A stretch of 64,000 nt of DNA from Rhodothermales bacterium (lineage in GTDB: Bacteria; Bacteroidota; Rhodothermia; Rhodothermales; VXPQ01). The notes below the pieces were generated by a model. It was not told the origin of the DNA. It searched no databases and was given only the letters and a program-made list of their open reading frames with translations. The stretch covers positions 135,225 through 199,224 of the forward strand of contig OZ220746.1 in the NCBI GenBank assembly GCA_965117025.1. Reading direction: 5' to 3'. Shown in pieces: positions 9,157 through 16,513 of this stretch (position 1 is the first letter of the stretch; each line of letters opens with the position of its first letter). Made by a program: the position numbers and the translations under genes.

Positions 9157-9187
9157 GTCATGGCCCCAGTGCGCCGATGGGAATGAC
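9157..9187 (-). pseudogene. 31-bp remnant of the 3' end of an AAA/DUF4143 ATPase gene
   Basis: gtcatggccccagtgcgccgatgggaatgac matches 4580-4610 (the stop and last codons of the ATPase) at 28 of 31 positions. It joins directly onto the 23-bp repeat region. Confidence 0.7.
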
Positions 9188-9232
9188 TGAACGGCATAAA
9201 TAACGGATTTCCAACGGCATAAATGACGGACA
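9187..9232. repeat. Two tandem 23-bp direct repeats (AACGGCATAAATrACGGA type), related to 5901-5992
   Basis: The units are 9187-9209 and 9210-9232. The downstream ~110 bp is recognisably homologous to 5993-6100. A single similar unit lies at 12507-12525. Confidence 0.8.
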
Positions 9233-9362
9233 AGGATGGAATGTCCTGGTGGAGGATCACTATATCAAGTCGTCGTTATAAGTCCGTCCAGTATTTTTTG
9301 CGTTGCCGAACACTTTTCAGTCTTGACAGGAACTGTTTTGGTAATTACTTTGTATCTACTTC

Positions 9363-9644
9363 ATGCATGACTTTAACCAGAGAGGGCAAAAAGTGAAGGT
9401 TAAGATTATCCCGATCGGCAACTCGCAGGGAATTCGCATCCCTAAACCTCTTATTGAGGCGGCAGGCCTTGGTGCATCGCTTGAGTTGCGCGTTGTAGAG
9501 TCGGGTTTGCTGCTTGAGCGTGTATCGGCGCCCCGCGCAGGATGGGCCGAGGCAGCGCAGAAGATGCGGGAAAGGGGAGAAGATGGTCTTCTTGACGATC
9601 CGGCACCCACTAAATTCGACGAATCCGAGTGGGAATGGGAATGA
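9363..9644 (+). CDS. mazE: AbrB/MazE-family type II antitoxin
   Basis: SpoVT/AbrB-like N-terminus (VKVKIIPIGNSQGIRIPKPLIEAAGL) and an acidic Trp-rich C-terminal tail. The stop overlaps the mazF start as ATGA. Alternative GTG start at 9393. Confidence 0.85.
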   Translation: MHDFNQRGQKVKVKIIPIGNSQGIRIPKPLIEAAGLGASLELRVVESGLLLERVSAPRAGWAEAAQKMRERGEDGLLDDPAPTKFDESEWEWE

Positions 9645-9967
9645 GCGGACCGAGAAGGGGGGATGTGTACCTGGTGTCGTTGGATCCCTCACAAGGCCGG
9701 GAAATAAAGAAGACGCGACCATGTGTAGTCGTGTCCCCGGAAGAACTCAATCTTCAAATCCAAACGTTTCTGGTGGCGCCCATGACAACGGGCGGTCATC
9801 CGTATCCATTTAGAATCGCTTGCAGATTCCAGGGTAAGGATGGCTTCGTTGTGGCAGATCAGTTGCGGGCCATAGACCAAAGCCGGATGGTTCAACGTAT
9901 CGGGGTATTGCCTGCTGCCACTATGTCCAAGGTGCTTAAAGTACTGCAGGAAATGTTTGCACCATGA
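9641..9967 (+). CDS. mazF: MazF/PemK-family type II toxin (mRNA interferase)
   Basis: MSGPRRGDVYLVSLDPSQGREIKKTRPCVVVSP ... is the typical PemK/MazF fold signature. The ATG at 9641 overlaps the mazE TGA. The track ORF starts at a GTG at 9629. Confidence 0.9.
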   Translation: MSGPRRGDVYLVSLDPSQGREIKKTRPCVVVSPEELNLQIQTFLVAPMTTGGHPYPFRIACRFQGKDGFVVADQLRAIDQSRMVQRIGVLPAATMSKVLKVLQEMFAP

Positions 9968-10118
9968 CACATCCGGTGCGTTATGGCGAATTATTCGGTC
10001 GCCTGGCCCTCTCGTTCAAGGTGGATGCGCCTGCGATAAAGTTGTCAATTGATTATCAGCCTGTCTATAGTCTCTTGCGCCATATATTTTTCGCCGGCGG
10101 ATGGTACAGATACCCTTC

Positions 10119-10541
10119 TCAGCCTGAACTTTCGGACTCCTCCGGATCCTTGTCCGCCACGGCCGCTTTGTGCAGGAATACGTAACTCCACACGAGGAGC
10201 GCCAGTAACACGGCTGCATACAGTGCTATAAAGGGAGGGGGGATGGATTGGAGGGCAGCATCATATTCCAGCCAGGTCCCCATATCCGGGAATCCTGCAA
10301 ACGCCAGCGCGGCTACGAGGATGAGCGCGAGGCCGAACAAGATCACATACACCCTTGCCGCCTTGTGCCATAACGGATGCGCATAAAACAACCCGATACC
10401 GATCAGCAATAAGAGCAGGTCCTTATCCAGACCGAAACCAATGCGTCCTTCGGACAATGCGACCAGCCATTGCAAAACTTCTTCAGCGCTGAGTACGATC
10501 AGGAGCAGCCCGAGGGCCTTGAGCATGAACCGTTCTTTCAT
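10119..10541 (-). CDS. Hypothetical integral membrane protein (about 4 TM segments)
   Basis: 140-aa ORF with ATG at 10541. It has four hydrophobic stretches and an acidic C-terminal tail. No recognisable family. Confidence 0.5.
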   Translation of the reverse strand: MKERFMLKALGLLLIVLSAEEVLQWLVALSEGRIGFGLDKDLLLLLIGIGLFYAHPLWHKAARVYVILFGLALILVAALAFAGFPDMGTWLEYDAALQSIPPPFIALYAAVLLALLVWSYVFLHKAAVADKDPEESESSG

Positions 10542-10837
10542 CTTTTTCGAGGGAATCCGGGACAGGGAGCGTTGCGGGTATCGGGCGCTGGCGTTAATCA
10601 GGGGTAACGCCGTACGCGAGCGCCAAATGCTGCAGCAGACAGAACAAATGTTACGACAATGAGAATGACAGATAATACGGTTTTTCCCGGAAACCCTTTA
10701 GGCGAGACGCCCGTCATGTTTCGGGGGGAAAATATACGGCGCTTCCGGGATCAGGATAGCGCCTTGCACGGTATAGCCACTTGCGTACGTTTTGCCCGGT
10801 GCATCGCTAATCGTATTCCTTGTTTTATCGAACGGCA

Positions 10838-11047
10838 ATGAACCTGACAGAAACCATTCAAGTTGCGATCGTATCCGTTGCATCTCTTTCGATGCCGGTG
10901 ATTCTGGGGTACGTTCTATACGCAATCCGAGACCTCCACCGGGACTTGCATCGGGACATTTCCGCCATTCATTCCCGGCTGGGACGGATCGAGGGACATT
11001 TGTTCGGGCAAGCCGCCGGAGCGCCCAAACCCGGATCGGGCGGATAA
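10838..11047 (+). CDS. Hypothetical small membrane protein (one TM plus helical tail)
   Basis: ATG at 10838 (MNLTETIQVAIVSVASLSMPVILGYVLYAI...). The DLHRDLHRDISAIHSRLGRIEGHL segment is helical-looking. Support comes only from ORF shape. Confidence 0.3.
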   Translation: MNLTETIQVAIVSVASLSMPVILGYVLYAIRDLHRDLHRDISAIHSRLGRIEGHLFGQAAGAPKPGSGG

Positions 11048-11147
11048 CATCCGGTATTTTGCCTCGAATCGAAAAGGCAAAGACTTGCCAGCGCACGCTC
11101 CGGTCAGGAGGGAGGCCCCACATCTCCCAAAAAAGAACAAAAACCCC

Positions 11148-11177
11148 TTGACAAACCCGTACCAGAGGCCTTATACT
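11148..11177 (+). promoter_or_regulatory. Candidate sigma70-type promoter (TTGACA-18 nt-TATACT)
   Basis: TTGACA at 11148-11153 and TATACT at 11172-11177. It lies in a gene-poor stretch ~260 bp upstream of the recombinase gene. Whether this organism uses -35/-10 promoters of this type is not known. Confidence 0.35.
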
Positions 11178-11183
11178 ATCTCT

Positions 11184-11211
11184 ACTTCCGATAACAGTTC
11201 TTATCGGAAGT
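11184..11211. promoter_or_regulatory. Perfect 11-bp inverted repeat (ACTTCCGATAA-6 nt-TTATCGGAAGT), operator-like
   Basis: It lies directly downstream of the candidate -10 box. A third TTATCGG half-site is at ~11233. Confidence 0.5.
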
Positions 11212-11302
11212 AAAATGGGGGTGTTCCACTGGGTTATCGGGATTTAAATGCGGGTATTTTCGGTGGATATCCTGGTTTACAGGGCGTCCATTATGCATCC
11301 GA

Positions 11303-11408
11303 AGGCGCGATACAGTGGCCTATCGCCTATAAAGTGCCGGGGTGCCACGGTATAGCGTCCTTATTGCCTACCAGGGTGTTACGGGCGCGGTATAGCACCC
11401 TTTCGCCC
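11303..11408. repeat. Three direct copies of a ~20-bp motif (GGTATAGCnnCCTTwTyGCC) at ~40-bp spacing
   Basis: The copies are cgatacagtggcctatcgcc (11308-), ggtatagcgtccttattgcc (11349-) and ggtatagcaccctttcgccc (11389-). They sit immediately upstream of the recombinase ATG. Confidence 0.75.
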
Positions 11409-11433
11409 GCTAAAACATACTCTATACGGATAA

Positions 11434-12423
11434 ATGGCCTACTCGAGTTCGGAATTTTCCCCCACCGCCTTGATGGATGTCGCCACGGGCATTATCCGTC
11501 CGGATGCGAATCTCATCGAGGCTTTTCTGGATCGTTACGACCGTCCCCAAACGCGCAAGGCGTATGGAGACGATTTGTCCGCGTTCTTTGGATCCGACTT
11601 TGTGGATACCGTTACGGTACGCGATCTGTCCTTTACGGATATCAACCGGCACATCGCGGAAATGGAAAAAAATGGCTACAAGCCGGCCACTATCAAGCGA
11701 CGCATCGCAGCGATTCGGGGGTTTTGCGAATGGCTTGTGGCTCTTGGCATATTATCCAGGAACCCGGCAAGCCGGCATGTACTACGCCGTATTCGTAAAT
11801 CGAGCGGTCGCGACCGTACCCATGTCGTTTTGACCGCCGGGCAAGCCCAGCGGCTCATCCAGGCGGCGACGCATCCTGGTCCGGACGGCAAGCAAGCGCA
11901 TACGGCTCCTCGGGATCGGGCGCTTCTGCTTACCCTCCTTCACTGTGTGCTACGCCGCTCGGAAGCCGCCGCCATGGACATACAGCACATCCGCTCGCTC
12001 GGAAACTACTGGGTGCTCGATCTCCCCGATACGAAGGGCGGCGCCGACCAGTACGTCAAAATCCCCGAACATGTCGTGGAAGAGATCGAACGCATGAAAA
12101 CCTACTATGGGATTACGGATGGTCCTCTCTGGCGCTCCCTGAGCAACAACAGTTACGGCCGGCGCCTTTCAGAGCGGTCCATCTATGGCATTGTGGATCG
12201 CACGGCGCAGCGAGCCGGGCTCCCGCAGGAGATCGGGGCGCATTCGCTCAGACACACCGGCTGTACGCTGGCCATCGAGGCCGGCGCTTCCATCCAGCAG
12301 GTGCAGTCGCACGCACGCCACAAGAAAATCGAAACGACCATGGTCTACGTGCACCAGCGCGACCGCCTGCGCGACAGCGCGGCAGACTACATTCATATTG
12401 AGAAGGAAGGCGATCATCCGTAA
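11434..12423 (+). CDS. Tyrosine-type site-specific recombinase/integrase (XerC/D-like)
   Basis: 329 aa with ATG at 11434. N-terminal SAM-like domain. Catalytic residues are present: R in LRRSE, HSLRH, and HKKIETTMVYVH with the Tyr. Confidence 0.9.
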   Translation: MAYSSSEFSPTALMDVATGIIRPDANLIEAFLDRYDRPQTRKAYGDDLSAFFGSDFVDTVTVRDLSFTDINRHIAEMEKNGYKPATIKRRIAAIRGFCEWLVALGILSRNPASRHVLRRIRKSSGRDRTHVVLTAGQAQRLIQAATHPGPDGKQAHTAPRDRALLLTLLHCVLRRSEAAAMDIQHIRSLGNYWVLDLPDTKGGADQYVKIPEHVVEEIERMKTYYGITDGPLWRSLSNNSYGRRLSERSIYGIVDRTAQRAGLPQEIGAHSLRHTGCTLAIEAGASIQQVQSHARHKKIETTMVYVHQRDRLRDSAADYIHIEKEGDHP

Positions 12424-12431
12424 GCGCGATG

Positions 12432-12453
12432 CACGATATAGCGCCTTTTCGTG
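12432..12453. repeat. Fourth copy of the recombinase-flanking motif (cgatatagcgccttttcgtg)
   Basis: It starts 9 bp after the recombinase stop codon. Two weaker copies lie at 10754-10785. Confidence 0.55.
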
Positions 12454-12541
12454 TTGTATATAATGCCCAATTGAATTGCTTATACCTTGCTTCGTATTCT
12501 CGCCACACGGCATAAACAGATCGGATCGACCCATATATACA

Positions 12542-13453
12542 ATGAATCTTATACCTCTGATAACCGGTCCTACTTCAGTGGGCAAGACAGAGTTATGCAC
12601 AAATCTTTCAGTATTACTTGAATCAGAAATCATTTCTGCCGACAGCCGGCAGGTATACCGGGAGCTTACCATCGGGGTTGCGAAACCCGACAAGGATGTA
12701 CTGGCCCGCATCCCGCATCATTTCATCGATGAGCGGTCCCTTGAAGAGCCTTTTTCGGCGGGTATGTTTATGTTCGAAGCGCTCGACCGGATTGCAGAAA
12801 TTCTCGACCGGGGCCGGATCCCCCTTGTTACAGGCGGTTCCACCCTTTATCTGCGTGCCCTCCGGTATGGCCTTGCCGATATCCCTGACATCCCTCCTTC
12901 GGTACGCGCACATATCCGGAGGCGTCTCGACCAGGAAGGGTCCGAGGCGCTGTATGAGGCCTTGCAAGAGGTTGATCCCCGGGCCGCCGCTACCATGGAT
13001 GCCACCAAAACGCAGCGTCTTGCCCGCGCCCTCGAAGTATATGAGGCGACCGGCGTGCCTCTGAGCCGGTTTCACGAGACGCAGGCGCCTCCTCCCTATG
13101 CGTTCCGCACGGTCGTTTTACAGCGAAATCGGGAGGAACTCTATGCCCGTATCGAGCGCCGCGTGGACGAGATGCTGGCGGCCGGCCTCGTGGACGAAGT
13201 ACGCGGCCTTCTCGAGGCAGGATACGATCCCGGGCTTAATCCGCTGCGCACGATCGGCTACCAGGAGCCCATCGCGTTTCTGAAAGGGGAAATCACGGAA
13301 GACGAAATGGTGCGTTTGATCAAGCAGAACACGCGCCGCTACGCCAAACGGCAGGAAACATGGTTCAGGAGGGATTCCGAGGCGATTTTCGTGGATGCGT
13401 CCCAGGATTCAGCGTCGCTTCTCGATGCGGTACGGGAGGCCTTGGGCCTCTGA
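12542..13453 (+). CDS. miaA: tRNA dimethylallyltransferase
   Basis: ATG at 12542 (MNLIPLITGPTSVGKTEL...). P-loop GPTSVGKT. The ISADSRQVYRELTIGVAKP motif is present. Confidence 0.95.
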   Translation: MNLIPLITGPTSVGKTELCTNLSVLLESEIISADSRQVYRELTIGVAKPDKDVLARIPHHFIDERSLEEPFSAGMFMFEALDRIAEILDRGRIPLVTGGSTLYLRALRYGLADIPDIPPSVRAHIRRRLDQEGSEALYEALQEVDPRAAATMDATKTQRLARALEVYEATGVPLSRFHETQAPPPYAFRTVVLQRNREELYARIERRVDEMLAAGLVDEVRGLLEAGYDPGLNPLRTIGYQEPIAFLKGEITEDEMVRLIKQNTRRYAKRQETWFRRDSEAIFVDASQDSASLLDAVREALGL

Positions 13454-13643
13454 GGCAACTACACTCGTTTTACCCTGTCCCGCCCACGCACTTTCGGCCG
13501 AAACGGCGCCTCTCTCGTCCAATTTGCAAACCTTTATCTGTGTTATGGGGCGTGTAGAGCGCCTGAAAGCGCCCCTTCACTGCACAGCATCCCCCCGGAT
13601 ACGTCGCTCGAAGCCAAGCTCCCTTCGCAGCCCCTCCCGCCCC

Positions 13644-13794
13644 GGTATACCCGCCTGTCTACCAGGACGCCTCAGCAGGTGAACCCGATAGTCTACCACA
13701 AAATGATCAAGGTAGACTGATTAGTATACCGGAGAAACCATAAGTAGACTGTCGGTATACCAATGGGATCCCCAGGTAGACTGAGCAGTCTACC
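13644..13794. promoter_or_regulatory. Array of GGTAGAC / GGTATAC half-sites forming three inverted-repeat pairs (candidate TetR operators)
   Basis: gtctacc (13691) pairs with ggtagac (13711). gtatacc (13724) pairs with ggtatac (13754). ggtagac (13775) pairs with gtctacc (13788) across a 6-nt spacer. Extra half-sites lie at 13644 and 13657. The array ends 27 bp before the TetR start. Confidence 0.6.
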
Positions 13795-13820
13795 CTCGAG
13801 GGATCCAAGGGAAAATTGGG

Positions 13821-14609
13821 ATGAAACGATCTCAAACGGACGATATGACCGTCGATGTACAAGGAGAACAACTGCGTGCGGATATCCTGAATGCAGCAGC
13901 GGCGCTGTTCGGGCAATACGGGTACCGGGCGGTCGGCGTGGATGCGATCGCCAGGGAAGCAGAGGTGGCGAAGCGAACGCTGTACCGGTATTTCGCGTCC
14001 AAAGACGAACTGGTGCTGGAATATCTCGGGATAGAAGCAGCCCATATTCTGACATGGCTTGAGAAGAGCACGGAAAATGCGAGAACCCCCCTGGAAAAAT
14101 TAAAGGCGTTCTTTTTTGCACTCGCTGAACGAACCGGCTCGCCCCATTGCAGGGGATGCCCCTTCCAGATGGCCCTGGGTGAATATCCTGAACCGGATCA
14201 TGCGGTAAACAGACTTGCCCGCAGGCATAAGGAGGCGATACGGACCGAACTGGAGAAGTGGTGTACTGCGGCGAGCTTCCGGGACATTGTCGGCACCGCA
14301 CACCGCCTGTATTTGCTTATGGAAGGCGCCTGGGCGTATGCCCGATTGCACGGAGCATCTCCTGCGCAGGTCCCTGTCGAGCACCGGGTCGCAGCGCTGA
14401 ATCATGCGGTCATTCTTCTACTCAGCGGCGGCCTCTATGCGGAAACGCTGATCGCTGCCTCAAGGCCCGGCTCCCGCTATCGTTCTTATCGGCCGGAGGA
14501 CGCTGAAGAAGAGCAGCCGGTCGAGCCCGAGACCCTTTCCTTGTTTGGGAGCGCTCCTCCGCTTTCAGACGCTGGTTTCTCTCCCCCTTCCACCACAAAA
14601 AGCGACTGA
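13821..14609 (+). CDS. TetR/AcrR-family transcriptional regulator
   Basis: The HTH signature is AAAALFGQYGYRAVGVDAIAREAEVAKRTLYRYFASKDELV. A long low-complexity C-terminal tail overlaps the convergent gene. Confidence 0.85.
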   Translation: MKRSQTDDMTVDVQGEQLRADILNAAAALFGQYGYRAVGVDAIAREAEVAKRTLYRYFASKDELVLEYLGIEAAHILTWLEKSTENARTPLEKLKAFFFALAERTGSPHCRGCPFQMALGEYPEPDHAVNRLARRHKEAIRTELEKWCTAASFRDIVGTAHRLYLLMEGAWAYARLHGASPAQVPVEHRVAALNHAVILLLSGGLYAETLIAASRPGSRYRSYRPEDAEEEQPVEPETLSLFGSAPPLSDAGFSPPSTTKSD

Positions 14610-16513
14610 CGGTCGACGCATCGCCGGGTACGCTGCGCATGGACTACGTGCGCGCCGGCCTCCTGGAAACAGGCCAGCCATTCGGCGTGTGTCCGAAAAC
14701 GAAGAGTTTCTTTTCCCTGCTCTCCCATGGCGTCTTCCGATCGCAGGCGGTTCGCCAGTCGATCCAGCCTGCGAAGCAACGCCAACTCCCATTTCGAGAC
14801 ATAGGTCGATTCGAGGATTACTACGCGGCGGCTGACACGGAGCGTTTCACGAAGCAGTTCGTCCGCATGTTCAGCGTGATGCAGGACAAAAACCAGCAGG
14901 GAAGCATCAAAGGCTCCGGAAGCGTAGGGAAGACGTCGTCCTTCGTATATATCCAGGGGGAGCGTGGTCCTGTTTCTGTCGAGGATATCCACCAGTCGCA
15001 CCTGTACGCCAAGGCGTTGGCCTAATTTTTCTCCCACATAACCCTCCCCTGCCCCCACATCGAGCACTGACTGGCCCTTTTCCAGAAAACGCGCCAGCAG
15101 CACTGCTTTTCGGGCGGCGCGGGCCCGCAGCAGGAGGTCTGTGAGGGCGCGGCGATAGCGGCAGGCCGCCAGTACGGTCCATCCTCCCCACCCTGCCCAG
15201 ACCCATATCCAGTAGGGGCCACCGGTATAGAGCAGATAGGTGCCGAGTGCGCACACCGAAAGCCAATACCAGTGCCAGGAGGGCCGTTCCGCCGGGGCTG
15301 CAAGTACGAGCACGCCAAGCAGGTACCAGGGGTGTACGGTGGTGGCGAATACGAGAAAACCGCCTGCCGCCCAAACAAACAGAGGCCGCAGGTCCCGGTT
15401 CTCCTGCAGGAAGTATCGCCGGAGCATCCATGTTTCCCGACCGTTTCCGGCTGAGTCGGGCCATGTTTTCGAGCCGGCGCCCTCCGATTTTGGACGCTGT
15501 GCGTACAGCATCGCCAGTCCGGCAAGATATAGCACGGCCAGGGCCGGACCGAGCAGCTTGCTCAGATCCATTCCGGTCAGCAGGGCCAGGAAATACTTAA
15601 TGCTATAATAGAGGCCGGCATTGAATTCAAAAAGGCGCACATAGAGATCCAGTGATGAAAGTATTTTTCCTATCCCCTCCGGATGCAAGAAGGGCAGTGC
15701 GGGAAGGACCGCCATACCAAGGCCCGCAGCGATGCTTTTCCAGCCGAAGCGGCGCCACAGAAAGGGAAACAAAAGAAACGGGTAGAGTTTGACGCCGCCG
15801 GCGCAGGCCAGCCAGACGGAAGCCCACACGCCCCGTTGGTTCTTCAGCGCGAACAGCGTAAGCGCCAGAAACAGGACCATGGCCGCTTCGCCGTGCCCCT
15901 GACCGGCCCCGGCAAGCACGACCGCCGGGTTCCATGCGTACAGCAATAACTGCCGGGGACGGAGCATTCGGCTCAGCACAAGGACTGCTCCGAATTCGAA
16001 GAGCGCCAGGAGCCCTTTGATGACGAACCAGGATACTTCCCAGCCCTGATCGTAGAAGATGGCCCCGATCCGGAAAATGAGCTGGGATACCGGGGGATAT
16101 ACCGTGTAGACACCGGGCGAATTGAGTTCGCCGTATACAGGTTCGTCGCGCAGCGCCTCCAGTTGCGGGCTGTCGGGCGTATGCAGATAGGGGTTATATC
16201 CCTCCGCCTGCACGAGACCGTCCCATACGTACCGGTAGGCATCGTCAGAAAGGCCCGGCGGCAGCCAGAATACGGCCAGCCGCAAGATCAGCGCAAAGCC
16301 GATCACGAGGTGCATCGGCACATCCCCCCGTTTCCAGAGCAATGCGCAGAGTGCGCCCGCGGCAAGTGCAGCCACGACGAATCCCTCGCGGGTTTCCGGT
16401 GCGGCGGCCCACCATGCCATGCCGCCCATAGCCGCGGCAAGCAGCAGGAGAAGGAGCCAGGTGAGGCCTGAGGGCTTAGGGCCTGTTAGCACTATACAGG
16501 CCCTAGCCGGCAT
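14486..16513 (-). CDS. Multi-TM glycosyltransferase-like domain (DUF2029/GT87-like) fused to a C-terminal class I SAM methyltransferase
   Basis: 675 aa. The N-terminal ~430 aa are polytopic and carry an SDDAYRYVWDG...GYNPY motif. The C-terminal part has VLDVGAGEGYVG (SAM motif I) and LLVFVLHH. The start could instead be a downstream Met if the palindrome at 16477-16505 is intergenic. Confidence 0.75.
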   Translation of the reverse strand: MPARACIVLTGPKPSGLTWLLLLLLAAAMGGMAWWAAAPETREGFVVAALAAGALCALLWKRGDVPMHLVIGFALILRLAVFWLPPGLSDDAYRYVWDGLVQAEGYNPYLHTPDSPQLEALRDEPVYGELNSPGVYTVYPPVSQLIFRIGAIFYDQGWEVSWFVIKGLLALFEFGAVLVLSRMLRPRQLLLYAWNPAVVLAGAGQGHGEAAMVLFLALTLFALKNQRGVWASVWLACAGGVKLYPFLLFPFLWRRFGWKSIAAGLGMAVLPALPFLHPEGIGKILSSLDLYVRLFEFNAGLYYSIKYFLALLTGMDLSKLLGPALAVLYLAGLAMLYAQRPKSEGAGSKTWPDSAGNGRETWMLRRYFLQENRDLRPLFVWAAGGFLVFATTVHPWYLLGVLVLAAPAERPSWHWYWLSVCALGTYLLYTGGPYWIWVWAGWGGWTVLAACRYRRALTDLLLRARAARKAVLLARFLEKGQSVLDVGAGEGYVGEKLGQRLGVQVRLVDILDRNRTTLPLDIYEGRRLPYASGAFDASLLVFVLHHAEHADELLRETLRVSRRVVILESTYVSKWELALLRRLDRLANRLRSEDAMGEQGKETLRFRTHAEWLACFQEAGAHVVHAQRTRRCVDRQSLFVVEGGEKPASESGGALPNKERVSGSTGCSSSASSGR
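16477..16505. repeat. Perfect 10-bp-stem palindrome (TAGGGCCTGT-9 nt-ACAGGCCCTA), copy 1 of a 2-copy element
   Basis: 16476-16508 matches 39759-39791 at 29 of 33 positions by manual alignment. It carries TAG/CTA stop triplets in both arms. Confidence 0.8.

Noticed and set aside
10698-11123. A 141-aa minus-strand ORF and other 60-120-aa ORFs in the 10.5-11.4 kb gap.
   Set aside because: They are Arg/Pro-rich, mutually overlapping in several frames, and have no motifs. Only the 69-aa plus-strand ORF with a clear TM segment was kept, at low confidence.
13540-13590. A possible degenerate copy of the dispersed element (gagcgcctgaaagcgccccttcactgc against tgaagcgcccctctcagcc).
   Set aside because: Only ~12-14 nt of GC-rich similarity, and no termini (AAGGATAC/GTATCCTT). 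This is too weak to call without statistics.
14486-14609. A 124-bp convergent overlap between the TetR gene and the GT::methyltransferase gene as a possible antisense regulatory arrangement.
   Set aside because: Both overlapping tails are low-complexity extensions beyond the conserved domains. In GC-rich DNA, late stop codons commonly create such overlaps. There is no independent evidence of function.
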